DNA of 64,000 bases from Octopus sinensis (Eukaryota), in the NCBI RefSeq assembly GCF_006345805.1, contig NC_043012.1:39060001-39124000 (forward strand), written 5' to 3'. Shown here in pieces: positions 1 through 12,910 of this stretch. A program made the translations under genes and the position numbers. The first letter of the stretch is position 1, and each line of letters begins with the position of its first letter. Under the pieces are notes generated by a model. The model was not told the DNA's origin. It worked only from the letters and a program-made list of their open reading frames with translations, and did not search any database.

Positions 1-256
1 AGCTCCACGAATTCACGATAATTTATCACCTCTACAACACCAATTTCGCCTGTCGCTTACTACAGTTGAATGAAATTAATAATTTACGATATGAGATAAA
101 TTTGGCACAATTTTGTTCAATAAATGATGTTTATGTAATAAATTCCTTGCTTGATGTCCGCAAGTGCAAACACGAAGTTTGAATTCCCAAACGTTGTGAA
201 TTAAATTTTTAATTGACGCTATTTCATCAATAACCTTCTTTTTATGTATTGAGTAC

Positions 257-299
<43 letters not shown>

Positions 300-382
300 T
301 GTGTTTGTGTATGGATGGGTGCCGGCGTAGGGTGGCTCTGTAGTAAGAAGATTACTTCGCAACGACATCGCTCCGAGTTCCG

Positions 383-665
383 TCACACTGTGTGGCAACT
401 TCGGCGGACCGTCCCAAAACCTGTGAGTGGCGTTGATGGCAACTGAGAGCATCCCGTGTGTAAGTCTGTGTTTGTGTCTGTTTCTGATTTGTACTCCAGC
501 CGCAGCTTGACAACCCATGCTGGTTTCTTTACCTCCCTGCAATCCAATGGTTCGGTAGGAGGGACGGAGATTAAGTTCCAAGCTTTAGGAAAAGGCACTG
601 GGGGATAGATTTGTACGTCTAAACCTTCCAAGGAAGGGGGTGGCTGGAAGGCCGCAATGCAATAA
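383..665 (-). CDS. Possible terminal coding exon of an unidentified gene (speculative)
   Basis: Minus strand has a pyrimidine-rich acceptor (tttctttcttttacgtctttgtag| at 666) followed by an open, non-repetitive frame YCIAAFQPPPSLEGLDVQIYPPVPFPKAWNLISVPPTEPLDCREVKKPAWVVKLRLEY...RRSCHTV*. No family recognised. Confidence 0.2.
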
Positions 666-856
666 CTACAAAGACGTAAAAGAAAGAAATTATGTAAGCA
701 TGATGCGTGTGTGCGGCTTTATATATATGTGTGTGCGTGTGTGTGCGTGTGTGTGTGTTTGTGTGTTTGTGTGTGTGTCTGTGTGGGCGTGTGTTTGTGC
801 GTGCGTGTGTGTATACATGTATATATATAAATACACACACACACATATATATATAT

Positions 857-894
<38 letters not shown>

Positions 895-954
895 CTATAT
901 ATATATATATATATGTATAATATATATATTATATATATTATATATATACATATA

Positions 955-1334
955 TGGAAACACTCCGTCGGTTACGACGATGAGGGTTCCGGTTGATCCG
1001 ATCAACGGAACAGCCTGCTCGTGAAATTAACGTGTAAGTGGCTGAGCACTCCACAGACACGTGTACCCTTAACGTAGTTCTCGGGGATATTCAGCGTGAC
1101 ACTGAGAGTGACAAGGCCGGCCCTTTGAAATACAGGTACAACAGAAACAGGAAGTAAGAGTGAGAGAAGTGTGGTGAAAGAGTACACGCAGGGATCACCA
1201 CCATCCCCTGCCGGAGCCTCGTGGAGCTTTAGGTGTTTTCGCTCAATAAACACTCACAACGCCCGGTCTGGGAATCGAAACCGCGATCCTATGACCACGA
1301 GTCCGCTGCCCTAACGACTGGGCCATTGCGCTCT
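955..1334 (-). mobile_element. tRNA-derived SINE (family A), copy 1
   Basis: Reverse complement starts with a tRNA-like head (gcgcaatggcccagtcgttagggcagcgg...ggtttcgattccc, A and B boxes). Its 3' tail (gtggagtgctcagccacttacacgttaatttcacgagcaggctgttccgttgatcggatc) recurs at ~2280-2370 and ~37190-37290. Confidence 0.85.
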
Positions 1335-1445
1335 ATACTATATACATATACATATATATATATATATATATATAATATATATATATAATTATATATATAT
1401 ATGTATATATATATATTATATATTATATATATATATATACATATA

Positions 1446-1830
1446 TGGAAACACTCCGTCGGTTACGACGATGAGGGTTCCGGTTGATCCGAATCAACGG
1501 AACAGCCTGCTCGTGAAATTAACGTGTAAGTGGCTGAGCACTCCACAGACACGTGTACCCTTAACGTAGTTCTCGGGGATATTCAGCGTGACACTGAGAG
1601 TGACAAGGCCGGCCCTTTGAAATACAGGTACAACAGAAACAGGAAGTAAGAGTGAGAGAAAGTTGTGGTGAAAGAGTACAGCAGGGATCACCACCATCCC
1701 CTGCCGGAGCCTCGTGGAGCTTTAGGTGTTTTCGCTCAATAAACACTCACAACGCCCGGTCTGGGAATCGAAACCGCGATCCTATGACCACGAGTCCGCT
1801 GCCCTAACGACTGGGCCATTGCGCCTCTAC
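1446..1830 (-). mobile_element. tRNA-derived SINE (family A), copy 2; near-identical tandem duplicate of 955-1334
   Basis: Same sequence and same 3' junction (acatatatggaaacac) at a ~491-bp period; differences are almost all 1-nt indels. Confidence 0.85.
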
Positions 1831-2120
<290 letters not shown>

Positions 2121-2380
2121 GTGGTTAGCGTATTCGACTTACGATCGTAATGGTTTGGAGTCAATCCCGGCGACGGGTTGTGTCCTGAGCAAGAAACTTT
2201 ATTTCACTTTACTCCAGTCCACTCAGCCTAGTCCCATTCTCTGTCGCACGGAATATCCCTGAGAACCACGTTAACGGTACGCGTGTCTGTGGAGTGCTCG
2301 GCCACATGCTTTTTCACGAGCAGACTGTTCTGCTGATTAGATCAATTCGAATCCCTGTCGTAACTGACCGAGAACCATCT
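2121..2380 (+). mobile_element. Degenerate tRNA-derived SINE sharing the family A 3' tail
   Basis: Head gtggttagcgtattcgac...gagtcaatccc, middle gtgtcctgagcaagaaacttta, tail gtgtctgtggagtgctcggccac...cacgagcagactgttc. Confidence 0.7.
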
Positions 2381-2415
2381 CACACACACAAACACACACA
2401 CACACCACACACACA

Positions 2416-2458
<43 letters not shown>

Positions 2459-2973
2459 TATATATTATATATATTATCCTCATTCATATGCCCATGTGTG
2501 TATTTGTGTTTCATACAGGTATTATAACACAAATATCCCTCATTTCACAATATTCATTCACAACATAATCGTAACACTGCCTGGTACTGTCGGTTTTTCT
2601 TGCACACAAATCATAGTAGCGTTTATAATTCAATCTAAAACGTACATTTGTATGGTGATGTTAACTCTTAAATAACATCTGTCCACATGTATCCAGAGAA
2701 TTATTTTCTGCAGAAATATTTCTGGTATATTAGCGCGCCAAAACGAAGACTTTTGAAAGATAACCCCAAGTTAAATTAGTAGAACTGTATACGTGTTCAA
2801 TCTCATGCGGACGTCTCGTGTATAGTAATGCAAATTATATTTGCAATGACGATCATACTGAAGAGCTACAGACAATTACATAAGTAATTTTGCGTAAGTT
2901 TTAATAGCGAAACTAGTTTATGATTAATCTATATTTTGTTTCTTCATTTGTATTACTCGCTTACGTTCTGGTG

Positions 2974-3019
<46 letters not shown>

Positions 3020-3062
3020 ATATATATATATATATAGGTATTATGTCTATATATACATATAT

Positions 3063-3129
<67 letters not shown>

Positions 3130-3193
3130 GATAGATAGATATAGATATACATATGTATTATGTCTATATATACATATATATAAGCATATATAT

Positions 3194-3230
<37 letters not shown>

Positions 3231-3849
3231 TGCACACACACACATATATAGATATGTGTGAGTGTGTATGTGTGTGTATGCGTGTGGATATAAGTCTATA
3301 CGTATGTATTATATCAGGGAAATGAATTAGACAACGAAAATATACGTGTGTGTATATATGTATGTTTATGTAAGTGTTCGTTACACTGAATGCGTTTTTA
3401 AGTAACGTGTAAGTATGTGTATATATATACATATGTGTGTAGGTGTGAACGTGAGAAAATTTCGTAAGAAATATGTAACCTTCAAAATGGTTGTAGATAT
3501 ATTAGCGGAGTGAAAAGGAATCACCTCTGAAAATGCCGGAAGTCGTCGACATTTACAATCTAATTAAGTAGAAGAATGTTAAAAAGTAAAACAGTTAAAA
3601 TAAAAATATAAAAGAAAATCACGAGGAATGCTACGTTATACATCAACAAAAATAACACTAACATGAACAACAACAACAACAACGAAACTGTTATGTATAT
3701 CAAAAACAACAACAACAACGCTATCAGCTTTAGCATCATCACGGCTGAGGAGCAACGATCGCCACTGACTCCCAAACTGCCGACGACAATATAGGTCTTT
3801 CTGTTATCACTTCCGGCTCCCTATCATCTCTACGATCAGTAACATCGTT

Positions 3850-4402
3850 ATTAGAATCATCATCATCATCATCAGTATCCTCCTCCTCCGCCCCATCATC
3901 ATCATCATCATCGTCGTCGTCGTCTTTCTTCATTATCATCGTCGCCATCGTCATCATCCCCTTCACCATCATCGTCATCATCATCACCATCATTATCATC
4001 ATTATCATTATCATCATTATCATTATCATCATTATCATTATCATCATTATCATTATCATCATCATCAGTATCCTCCTCCTCCGCCTCAGCATCATCGCCA
4101 TCATCATCAGTATCCTCCTTCTCCGCCCCATCATCATCATCATCGTCGTCGTCGTCGTCATCTTCATTATCATCGTCGCCATCGTCATCATCCTCTTCAC
4201 CATCATCATCATTATCATCACCATCATTATCATCATCATCATTATCATCATCATCGCCAATATCATCGTCAGTATCCTCCTCCTCCACCTCCGCCTCAAC
4301 ATCATTATCATCATCATCATTATCATCATCATCACCAATATCATCATCAGTGTCCTCCTCCTCCTCCTACGCCTCAGCATCATCATCATCATCATCATCA
4401 TG
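3850..4402. repeat. Compound (CAT/CGT/CCT)n minisatellite; Asp/Glu-rich reading on the minus strand
   Basis: Motif cagtatcctcctcctccgcc (AEEEDTDDD on minus) occurs five times inside trinucleotide runs; frameshifts and one stop interrupt the acidic frame. Confidence 0.8.
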
Positions 4403-4894
4403 ACGGAAGCATCAGTATCGTCTTCAATGACTTTCACATCGTCACTGTTATCTTTGCCAGTCCCATGATCACTATGTCAAATGTCACGATATCAGTCGAA
4501 ACCGTCACAACACCACCACAACCACCGACACCAACACAGCTACCACCGAACACCCACCTCCACTGCAGCCACTCTAGCTACCATAGCAACCACCGCCATC
4601 ACTACAATCAGAAGCGCTGCTGCAGCCAACAACAACAATACCACTGACGCAGCTACAATTGAGGATTCAATACCACCATCGCCACGACCTCCACGACCAC
4701 CACCACTCTCCTGCACTACGGAAAAGTCAAATACTGCACCCCTCCAACCATCTTATCGGCACAATTCCCACCGCCACCCCTTGTGTACATCAGCTGGAAC
4801 GAGTTAACCACACCCAACAGCAACCACAACCACAGCAATAACATCAACAACAGGGACAAGAAATATTCTTTTCTACTCAAGACACAAGGTCCGA

Positions 4895-5030
4895 AATTTA
4901 AGGGGATGGGGCCACTCGATCGACCCCGAAAGGTTGAAAGGTAAAATCGACCTTGGCGGAATTTGAACTCAGAACGTAAAGACAGACGAAAGAAATACTG
5001 CTAAGTAACGTTTCTGTCAACTCACCGCCT
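4895..5030 (-). mobile_element. SINE family B fragment
   Basis: tcgaccccgaaaggttgaaaggtaaaatcgaccttggcggaatttgaactcag matches the reverse complement of the copy at 5112-5322. Confidence 0.75.
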
Positions 5031-5111
5031 AGGGACAAGAAATAGTACAACAGTAACAACATCAAACGGAACAATAGTTCACATTTAGATAACAATAATA
5101 AACCAATAACA

Positions 5112-5322
5112 AGGCAGCGAGCTGGCAGAAACGTTAGCACACCGGGCGAAATGCGTAGCCGTATTTCGTCTGTCGTTACGCTGTGAGTTCAAATTCCACC
5201 GAGGTCGACTTTGCCTTTCATCCTTTCGGGTTCGATAAATTAAGTACCAGTTACGTACTAGGGTCGGTCTAATTGAGTGGTTCCCTCCCCCAAAATTTCG
5301 GGCTTGTGCCTAGAGTAGAAGA
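5112..5322 (+). mobile_element. tRNA-derived SINE family B
   Basis: Head gagctggcagaaacgttagc...gagttcaaattcc and central domain gtcgactttgcctttcatcctttcgg..tcgataaattaagtaccag, which recurs many times in the window. Confidence 0.85.
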
Positions 5323-8300
5323 GACAAAATAATAATGAGCCAATAACGACAAAGCCAACAACAACAACATAAGAACAGTCATGAAAACATTTGCCGTAAC
5401 AAAGTGAAACCCATGCGCATGACAATAGCAAATGGGGCTACAAATTTAGAATACAAAATAACTTCATGTTAGATACAAAGCAAGTCAGTTATTATTAGTT
5501 ATCATTATTAGTAATATTATTATCAATATTATTATTTTCATTATTATTGTTGTTGCTGATGTTGCTATTGTTGTTGTGTTTATTGCAGTCTTTGTTGCTA
5601 TTTCTGATGTCGTTGCTACCATGCTATTTCATTTATTCATTATTTCTCTCTCAGAGTTTGCGAATCAAAAATATCAGATTTTCTTCCTTAGGCAACTCAA
5701 TCCTGTTGATTTCTTTCTGTTCTTTAATAGAACTACATACATAGACACGCATGTACGCACACGCCCACACATCTATACATTTCCATACAAACACACACAT
5801 ACTTGTGTATGAACTTGTATATGAACATATCAATAAGACAATATGCAAGTCACATTGCCCCTCCCCCTTCTTTCTTTGTTTTTTTTTTTTGTAGGCATCC
5901 ATCTTTGTAATGGTATAGGAATATGAAAGAGAAAGCAATGGCTGTGCTGAAACATGTGACGAAATGTGAAGGTATGATACAGAGATACAAAATAGAGAGT
6001 TAGGAGCTTGAAAGTGTGGCGAGGAAGGAGAGTCAGAGAGAAATAATTAACTATCAATACCCAGTATGCAGGTGAGACAACTATTCCTATAATTAGAAAG
6101 GTAACGTGGTAGGTAACTTAGGAATAGTAACAAATGAAAGATAGAGGCGGAAAACAATAGGCAGGGTGGTTGAGAGATCCGTGTATGATATTAAAACGAA
6201 ATGAAAAGATGGTGGAATCAGATTTAAAATGGAGAAACTAGAGGGACCTACACACACACACACAATATGTTTGTGTGGCGGGGTGACTACTATGTAGCAA
6301 TAACGCCTAAAATAAAAACAATTTGCAGCATGTGTCAGATAATAATAAACGAATGTAAGAAATGAGAGCTTAAATATAAAGAAGTGAAGAAATGTATTAT
6401 GAAGCACAAAACGTATTTGGGTGTCAAAAAGACGAAGTTCTCATTAGTAGTTAGTTAGAACTGAATGCGTAGACGGTGTTTATCAGAAGAACTCAATGCT
6501 TAGTTTGAAGTGGCGGGTAGAAGTGCTGCAAAATAAGAAACAGAAAGAGAAAGAGAATCGGGTCACAAATATATAAATATTTGCTCTGAATGATTCGAAA
6601 CAAAGTTACTTCTGTGTAAACGTTTAAGGAACAGGGTGAGTAGCGTTAATGCCATAAAAAACACTATGTATGCATGTTAATTTAAAACTGTAAATAAACG
6701 TTGGCAATAAAATATTTGATAAAAAATGTAAATAAGATGGCAATAAAATAACTGAGAAGAATGGCAATAAAGATCTGATTAAGTAGAATGAATTAAAAAG
6801 GTAATAAATGAACCAATAAAACATGTTTGAACGAAAGAAACTGTAAGAGAAGTATTTGTTATCTGTAAATTTAAAGAATTCAAAGCCATAGTCTGCAGGA
6901 AAACAAAGGAGAGTGTATTTTCTGTAACCGAAAAGTTGTTGGAAACTTCGATAAAAGAAGGACTTACATGAGACTTGAATGTATGCATGTAATAATTTGT
7001 GAAACAAAGACCAGTTATTACATTCTCCTACCGCTGCCATGATATTCAGCCATAACTGCAGTGGAGAGCAAGAAGAGAATAAAATAACCGTCTGCATATG
7101 TCATTTTTGTCATATATATAGATATATATATATATATACATGCACTTACATATGCATACTAGAATATATTCACTCCCAGCAGGAGGCGTATAGTGAATGA
7201 AAGAATATGACAAGGCAAAAGAGATGATTGAAAATTGTTTGAAAATATACAAAGTGAGGGAAAGAGAGAAATAGTGAAGAGGACGAGAGAGAAAGAGAGA
7301 AAGGAAGAAATGAAGATAAAAAGACTGAAAACAAGAATGGAATAAGCATGTATATAATGAGAGAGAGAGAGAGTAAAAGGTACAAACACGTTTAAAAATT
7401 TGGATAAAAGAATGATTTGGGAGCTAAAGATAAAGGGGAGAAGAAAAGTTTAGGAAGAGGATGAGTAAGAAAAAATGCTGAAGATAAAAAGGGAAACAAA
7501 ATGAAAAGGTGTGCTCTGGGTTGGTCGGGTGGATGTTGAAGGATGGAGATAGCTGGTATGGGATAACGTAGATATATTGTAATATTGAATTTTGAAAGAT
7601 AACGGGGAAAGTAGAATCGAAGCTTTATCTCATGAATATTTCATAGCTGTCATGGGCATAAGATAGGGTGTCATCTTTAACGAACAATGTGCGTGGATCG
7701 TTAAGCAGGAATACAGTCAAGTTGGACAGCTACACGGCAGATTATGCAACAGTATGCATTATAGGAATTGCTGGTTATATTATTTAAATACAATAAAGAA
7801 ATGACGAAATAAATACAATTGTCATTTCACTGGCTGTTTCTCTCTCTCTCACTCTTATATATGTAGTTTATATATGTATGTATTTATATACATAAACGTA
7901 GATATGTGTATTTATGTATAATGTAATCTTTCTTGATGTATACGAAGAGGAACCATTATTTCTCCACATTGTGCGTAAAATCCATTCTGTATTCATTGGA
8001 AAACTATTTGCACGAGGAACACTAGACGTACCCTTCGTCCAATCGTTAAAGGTGTTACATTGAACCTGTGTAATGTCAATTACGTAGTAGGTGTTTAATC
8101 ATGGCTGTATTCCTTATTGTTACCGCAAAAAATTATAGGGCTTGTCAGCTCTATTCTGTGGATTAAAGATATTCAAGGAAGGGAACTTACTGAGAGAATT
8201 CTTCAAGGTAAAGATAAAAATAGAGGTAAAGCATTGTTTTGACGCAAGGAACTCTCCAACAATGTATTGAATAAGTGAAACCTGGATTAACGAGCGTCAC

Positions 8301-8610
8301 ACATCAGAAAGAAACAAAACATCTGACTATGTACTCGGTCTAAAACAACTATGAATAAGCACATGACATGCTTTGCAAAATGGCGTGTATTAATGAAATG
8401 ATGAATAATTGTGAATATTAATTAGTGAAACACTATGGTATACTCTGCTTCATGAACTGCTTTAGTAATGATTGAAAATAGCGCTGGAATCATAGGACCG
8501 CATAAATACAATCTTTTTGTAAAAATTCTGCCAACATTTTTGTTCTTGGATCACCACAGCAACACAGATCACGGCATCTTGACAAAAAAGAAATCATCGC
8601 AACCAGATAT

Positions 8611-8675
8611 ATTCTTTTATTCTTTTACTTGCTTCAGTCATTTGACTGTGGCCATGCTGGAGCACCACCTTTAAA
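8611..8675 (-). mobile_element. SINE/LINE 3' tail (family C tail) directly downstream of the 5S copy
   Basis: ggtgctccagcatggccacagtcaaatgactgaagcaagtaaaagaataaaagaat is the same tail that ends the SINEs at 10413, 48931 and 61413. Confidence 0.8.
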
Positions 8676-8684
8676 ATGTTTGAC

Positions 8685-8802
8685 GCTTACAGCACCTAGG
8701 TTTCCCAAGCGGTCACAAATCTAAGTACTAACTAGGCTCGACGTTGCTTAACTTCGTTGAACGGACGAGAACCGGTGGCTCCAACGTGATATGGCTGTAA
8801 GC
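8685..8802 (-). pseudogene. 5S rRNA copy (118 nt, diverged; probable pseudogene or SINE3-like head)
   Basis: Reverse complement GCTTACAGCCATATCACGTTGGAGCCACCGGTTCTCGTCCGTTCAACGAAGTTAAGCAACGTCGAGCCTAGTTAGTACTTAGATTTGTGACCGCTTGGGAAACCTAGGTGCTGTAAGC is colinear with metazoan 5S rRNA. It has a closing stem GCTTACAGC/GCTGTAAGC, several substitutions, and no immediate oligo-T terminator. Confidence 0.9.
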
Positions 8803-9655
8803 ATATTAATATATTTTGCCGAATAAGCACTGGGTACCTTATATCTATCTTATATTTTTTCGTTTTCTCATCTTATATGTGTATACATATATCTGTATGT
8901 ATGTGTATAGAGAAACACACACTAAAAAGTAGACCCACATATATACATAAATACACACGTATACACATGTACACAGATATTTCATTTTTAGGGCTATTAT
9001 CGAGATACATTCTTACTATTTCATTATTTCACATACATTTAACTCGTCGCCCAGGTTATTATCAATGCTTTGAAACTGGTGCTTTGAATGCATTTAGCTG
9101 AATCCGTTTTGTCTCAAGAATTCGGGCCAGAGTTCCCGTTTAAGGAAATCTTCTACCCATCAGTCACGGACAGCCCATGAAAAGTCATGGATACTGCCTT
9201 CCCTTCTGATTAAAAGCGAAAACAAACGACCCTAATAAATTTCCGTGCCCCTAGTAATCGGCTGCTTTTATTCAGAGGAACTTTCCTCTTTAGCAATTGT
9301 TAACGAATCAAGAAGTCATACACACATTTAGTGGCATTTACGATTTATCGCCATTAGCCATTTCAGATACGTAACAGCATGCAATTCACCGGTGTCAAAT
9401 GGCAGTAAAACCGCATTACCAAGAACACAATGAAATACATAGGTTTTCTTCCAAATGGTTATATTTGCGATTCAACACAATCAACAATAACATCCTCCAG
9501 AGGGACAGGAAATATTGCAAAAGCAATGATATCAAATCGAACAATTCTTTATTTATTTCGCACAAAATCTGATCGTATGAATCAATTCAAATTGTCATGG
9601 AAAGTTTTCTGTGAATAAGCACCGCAATGAGCGACATTTGTGTGTGTGTGTATAT

Positions 9656-9687
<32 letters not shown>

Positions 9688-9690
9688 ATA

Positions 9691-9743
<53 letters not shown>

Positions 9744-9771
9744 CAAATATATATGTGTATATATATATATG

Positions 9772-9815
<44 letters not shown>

Positions 9816-9819
9816 TATA

Positions 9820-10030
9820 TAACGTGAAGCTTTATGAAAATAGACAAAAGACGAAGGCAGGTGGAAAACAAACGAACACTTGTATTAGTATGGCGCTCAG
9901 GAAATATAAATAAAACAAGTCTTTAACGTTTCGAGCCTACGCTCTTCAACAGAAAGATACACAGAGAGAAAAAAAACACAGAAAGAAGGAGAGAAAAAAA
10001 ATGCGTGCAGTAACTAACGAATGAACATGG
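9820..10030 (-). mobile_element. Penelope-like element 3' end (pseudo-LTR) remnant
   Basis: Contains a minimal hammerhead-like motif and its 3' end runs into (TA)n, the same layout as the other HHR-bearing fragments here. Confidence 0.55.
9920..9957 (-). ncRNA. Minimal hammerhead-ribozyme-like motif (core variant A6U)
   Basis: Minus strand: UCUUU-CUGUUGA-A-GAGC(GUAG)GCUC-GAAA-CG-UU-AAAGA; 5-bp stem I, 4-bp stem II, palindromic ACGU stem III. Confidence 0.6.
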
Positions 10031-10119
10031 CGATCTGATTTATGTATATATGTATATATATATATATATATGTATATATTATTATATATGTATAATATAT
10101 ACATATATATATCTATGTA

Positions 10120-10162
<43 letters not shown>

Positions 10163-10204
10163 ATATATATATATATATATATAATATATATATATATATG
10201 TATA

Positions 10205-10330
10205 TATAATATTAAATTAGAGATAAAACCACTATTAGGCAAATCAAACAATGAAAATTTTAAGCCAATACATAAAATTAATTAATTTATATTATTTTAA
10301 TATATATCAAAAGTATTAAAAGTTTAATAA
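10205..10330 (-). mobile_element. Truncated copy of the 52809-53295 element family (3' portion, no ribozyme)
   Basis: attaaattagagataaaaccactattaggcaaatc...ttaagccaatacata matches 52896-53010. Confidence 0.8.
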
Positions 10331-10333
10331 AAG

Positions 10334-10377
<44 letters not shown>

Positions 10378-10412
10378 ATATATTATGTATATATATATGT
10401 ATGTATATACAG

Positions 10413-10618
10413 TCTTTTACTTGTTTCAGTCATGTAACTGTGGCCATGCTGGAGCACCGCTTTTAGTCGAGCAAATCGACCCCAGAACATATTCTTTAGA
10501 AGCCTAGTACTTATTCTATCGGTCACTTTTGGCGAACCGCTAAGTTACGGGGACGCAAACACAACGCCATCGTTTGTCAAGCGATGTTGGGGGGACAAGC
10601 ACAGACACACAAACATAT

Positions 10619-10651
<33 letters not shown>

Positions 10652-10817
10652 CATATATACGACGGGCTTCTTTCAGTTTCCGTCTACCAAATCCACTCAA
10701 AAGGCTTTGGTCGGCCCGAGGCTATAGTAGAAGACACTTGCCCAAGGTGCCACGCAGTGGGAATGAACCCGGAACCATGTTGTTGGTAAGCAAGCTACTT
10801 ACCACACAGCCACTCCT
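10413..10817 (-). mobile_element. tRNA-derived SINE family C (full length)
   Basis: Head aggagtggctgtgtggtaag...gggttcattccc, central ccttgggcaagtgtcttctactatagcctcgggccgacc, internal microsatellite, tail gctccagcatggccacagt..atgactgaaacaagtaaaaga. Confidence 0.9.
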
Positions 10818-10823
10818 GATATG

Positions 10824-10875
<52 letters not shown>

Positions 10876-10959
10876 AAGGAAAGTCAGGGAGGGATTGATA
10901 GAAAGATATATCGATAGATAGATAGACATATAGAAAAATAGTTAGTTATATAGATAAAT

Positions 10960-10979
10960 AGATAGATAGATAGATAGAC

Positions 10980-11050
<71 letters not shown>

Positions 11051-11057
11051 CAGATAA
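10960..11057. repeat. (GATA)n microsatellite
   Basis: Directly visible. Confidence 0.95.
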
Positions 11058-11660
11058 AATGTGTGTGTGCGTGTGTGTGCCTAAGACTGAATTGGCCGGG
11101 ATTTGAACCCAGAACTTAAAAGGCCTGCATTAAATACTGTAGGTATGTTGACTGCCACTCCATAACTTCTGTCAATCCACCGTAGATTCCGATCCAATTA
11201 GTGAAACAACCTACATTGTTCTTTTTGTTGTTTTGTCGTATTATTTTTTTCAGTTGTGAAAACAAAAAGCGGAAACTTTTTAATGACTTTACGCTGTAGA
11301 TTGCCATTCTTGTGAAAAAAAAAATTTAATTTGAGTACATTTTCCCCTGATATTTATATTGCATAGCAATATGTATGAGGACAGAATATATGCTAGTAAT
11401 TGTTTTTTTGGATGAAAATCGTAAATCTTTAAAATGTTTTCGAAACCACATATATTGGTAATAAACTTCTAAAGTTTTACATACTCTGCTTCTAGCCCCA
11501 AAATATATTTACTAAACTCTTTACAGTTCCTGGTCGCTTATAATAATACATCACAACCGTGTAATAAAGAGCAATAATGGCGTACTGCAAAAATCATATT
11601 TGTGAGTTTATGAAATGAACATTCAATGTATTACCAAAAAATCTTTTAAAATATATCTAT

Positions 11661-11664
11661 TCTT

Positions 11665-11763
<99 letters not shown>

Positions 11764-11835
11764 GTTATTAATATTATTATTATTGTTATTATTGTTATTA
11801 TTATTGTTGTTGTTATTATTGTTGTTGTTGTTGTA
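11661..11835. repeat. (TTC)n(TTA)n(TTG)n compound microsatellite
   Basis: Directly visible. Confidence 0.95.
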
Positions 11836-12408
11836 TTAAACCTCACAGCTTATTTTGCTTATTGTGTAGATATTTAGGTTTTAACATTTTCTAGAGATGT
11901 TCTTTTGTATGTCCGATCAGAGAAGACTGTAGAGCTTTTGCATTTTCGAGTTTTAACATTTTCGAACACTCAGGGAGGAAGGTAAGGAATGAAAAAGTGG
12001 GCAAAATTTTCACAGATAATTGTAGAAATTAAAAGTTTTAAAATTTAGTAAAGATGATCTTCTGTATGTCCGAACAGATAAAACTGTAGTGTTCTTAATA
12101 TGAAAAATATAAAAGGATGTTTATATTTTCGAATACTCAGGGAGAAAAGAAAGGATACGTAGTCACAGAAGCTGTAGATATTAAAGTTTTTAATATCGTT
12201 TGTGTGTTCAATATGTAAGTTAGACATGTAAGTTTCTTAACTTATTTTGAGGGAAATTTAAAATACTCTTAAGAAATTGCAGATATTCCAGGTTTTGACA
12301 GTTATTTCTCAGTTGTCCTGCTGGGTTGTATTAGTGTTTCTTTGTTTTCGGTTACTAATTGGTCAGAGCAGCGAAGAAAACGTCCGGCCGCTGTCAAGGT
12401 TGGCGCTC

Positions 12409-12428
<20 letters not shown>

Positions 12429-12439
<11 letters not shown>

Positions 12440-12830
12440 GAGTGAGAGAGCAGTTCATGCCATCAAAGTGACACTGGGGTAAAATATACGAAGCCCAATA
12501 TACCCATCATGACTACCCGTCTGATAAGGGTACACCAGGCACATGCATCACAACCATATGTGCGCGACATGATGATCTCATATCAAGATAAACAGCATAT
12601 GACCTTGCAGGTGGGGCCCAGTTAGAATTTTCTTCAGGTTGAGTAGCCCATACCGCTCAAAAGGTCCCTGAATAAGGGCTGTTTAAGGATGTTGAAAGAA
12701 CCACCCATGTTTCCAGAGGTGAATTATTCAAACCCCAAAGAATCCCTCTCAACACATGGCTATGATGCTCCCCCACTACTTCTGCTCGTGATCAGAGATG
12801 CACATATCGTCAGCCACTAGGGCACATTAT
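12429..12830 (-). mobile_element. Interspersed repeat with a (TAA)n tail inserted in a TAA tract (probably a non-LTR 3' UTR)
   Basis: Complex sequence flanked on both sides by (TTA)n; the minus strand ends ctctctcactc-aataataat. Family assignment is inference. Confidence 0.5.
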
Positions 12831-12838
12831 TATTATTA

Positions 12839-12909
<71 letters not shown>

Positions 12910-12910
<1 letters not shown>

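Noticed and set aside
5830-7760. Strongly purine-biased tract possibly derived from an old retroelement ORF
   Set aside because: No convincing RT or endonuclease motif could be read in any frame.
11878-12200. Two diverged ~180-bp direct repeats
   Set aside because: Old local duplication with no recognisable function; the similar duplications at 31100-31460 were set aside for the same reason.
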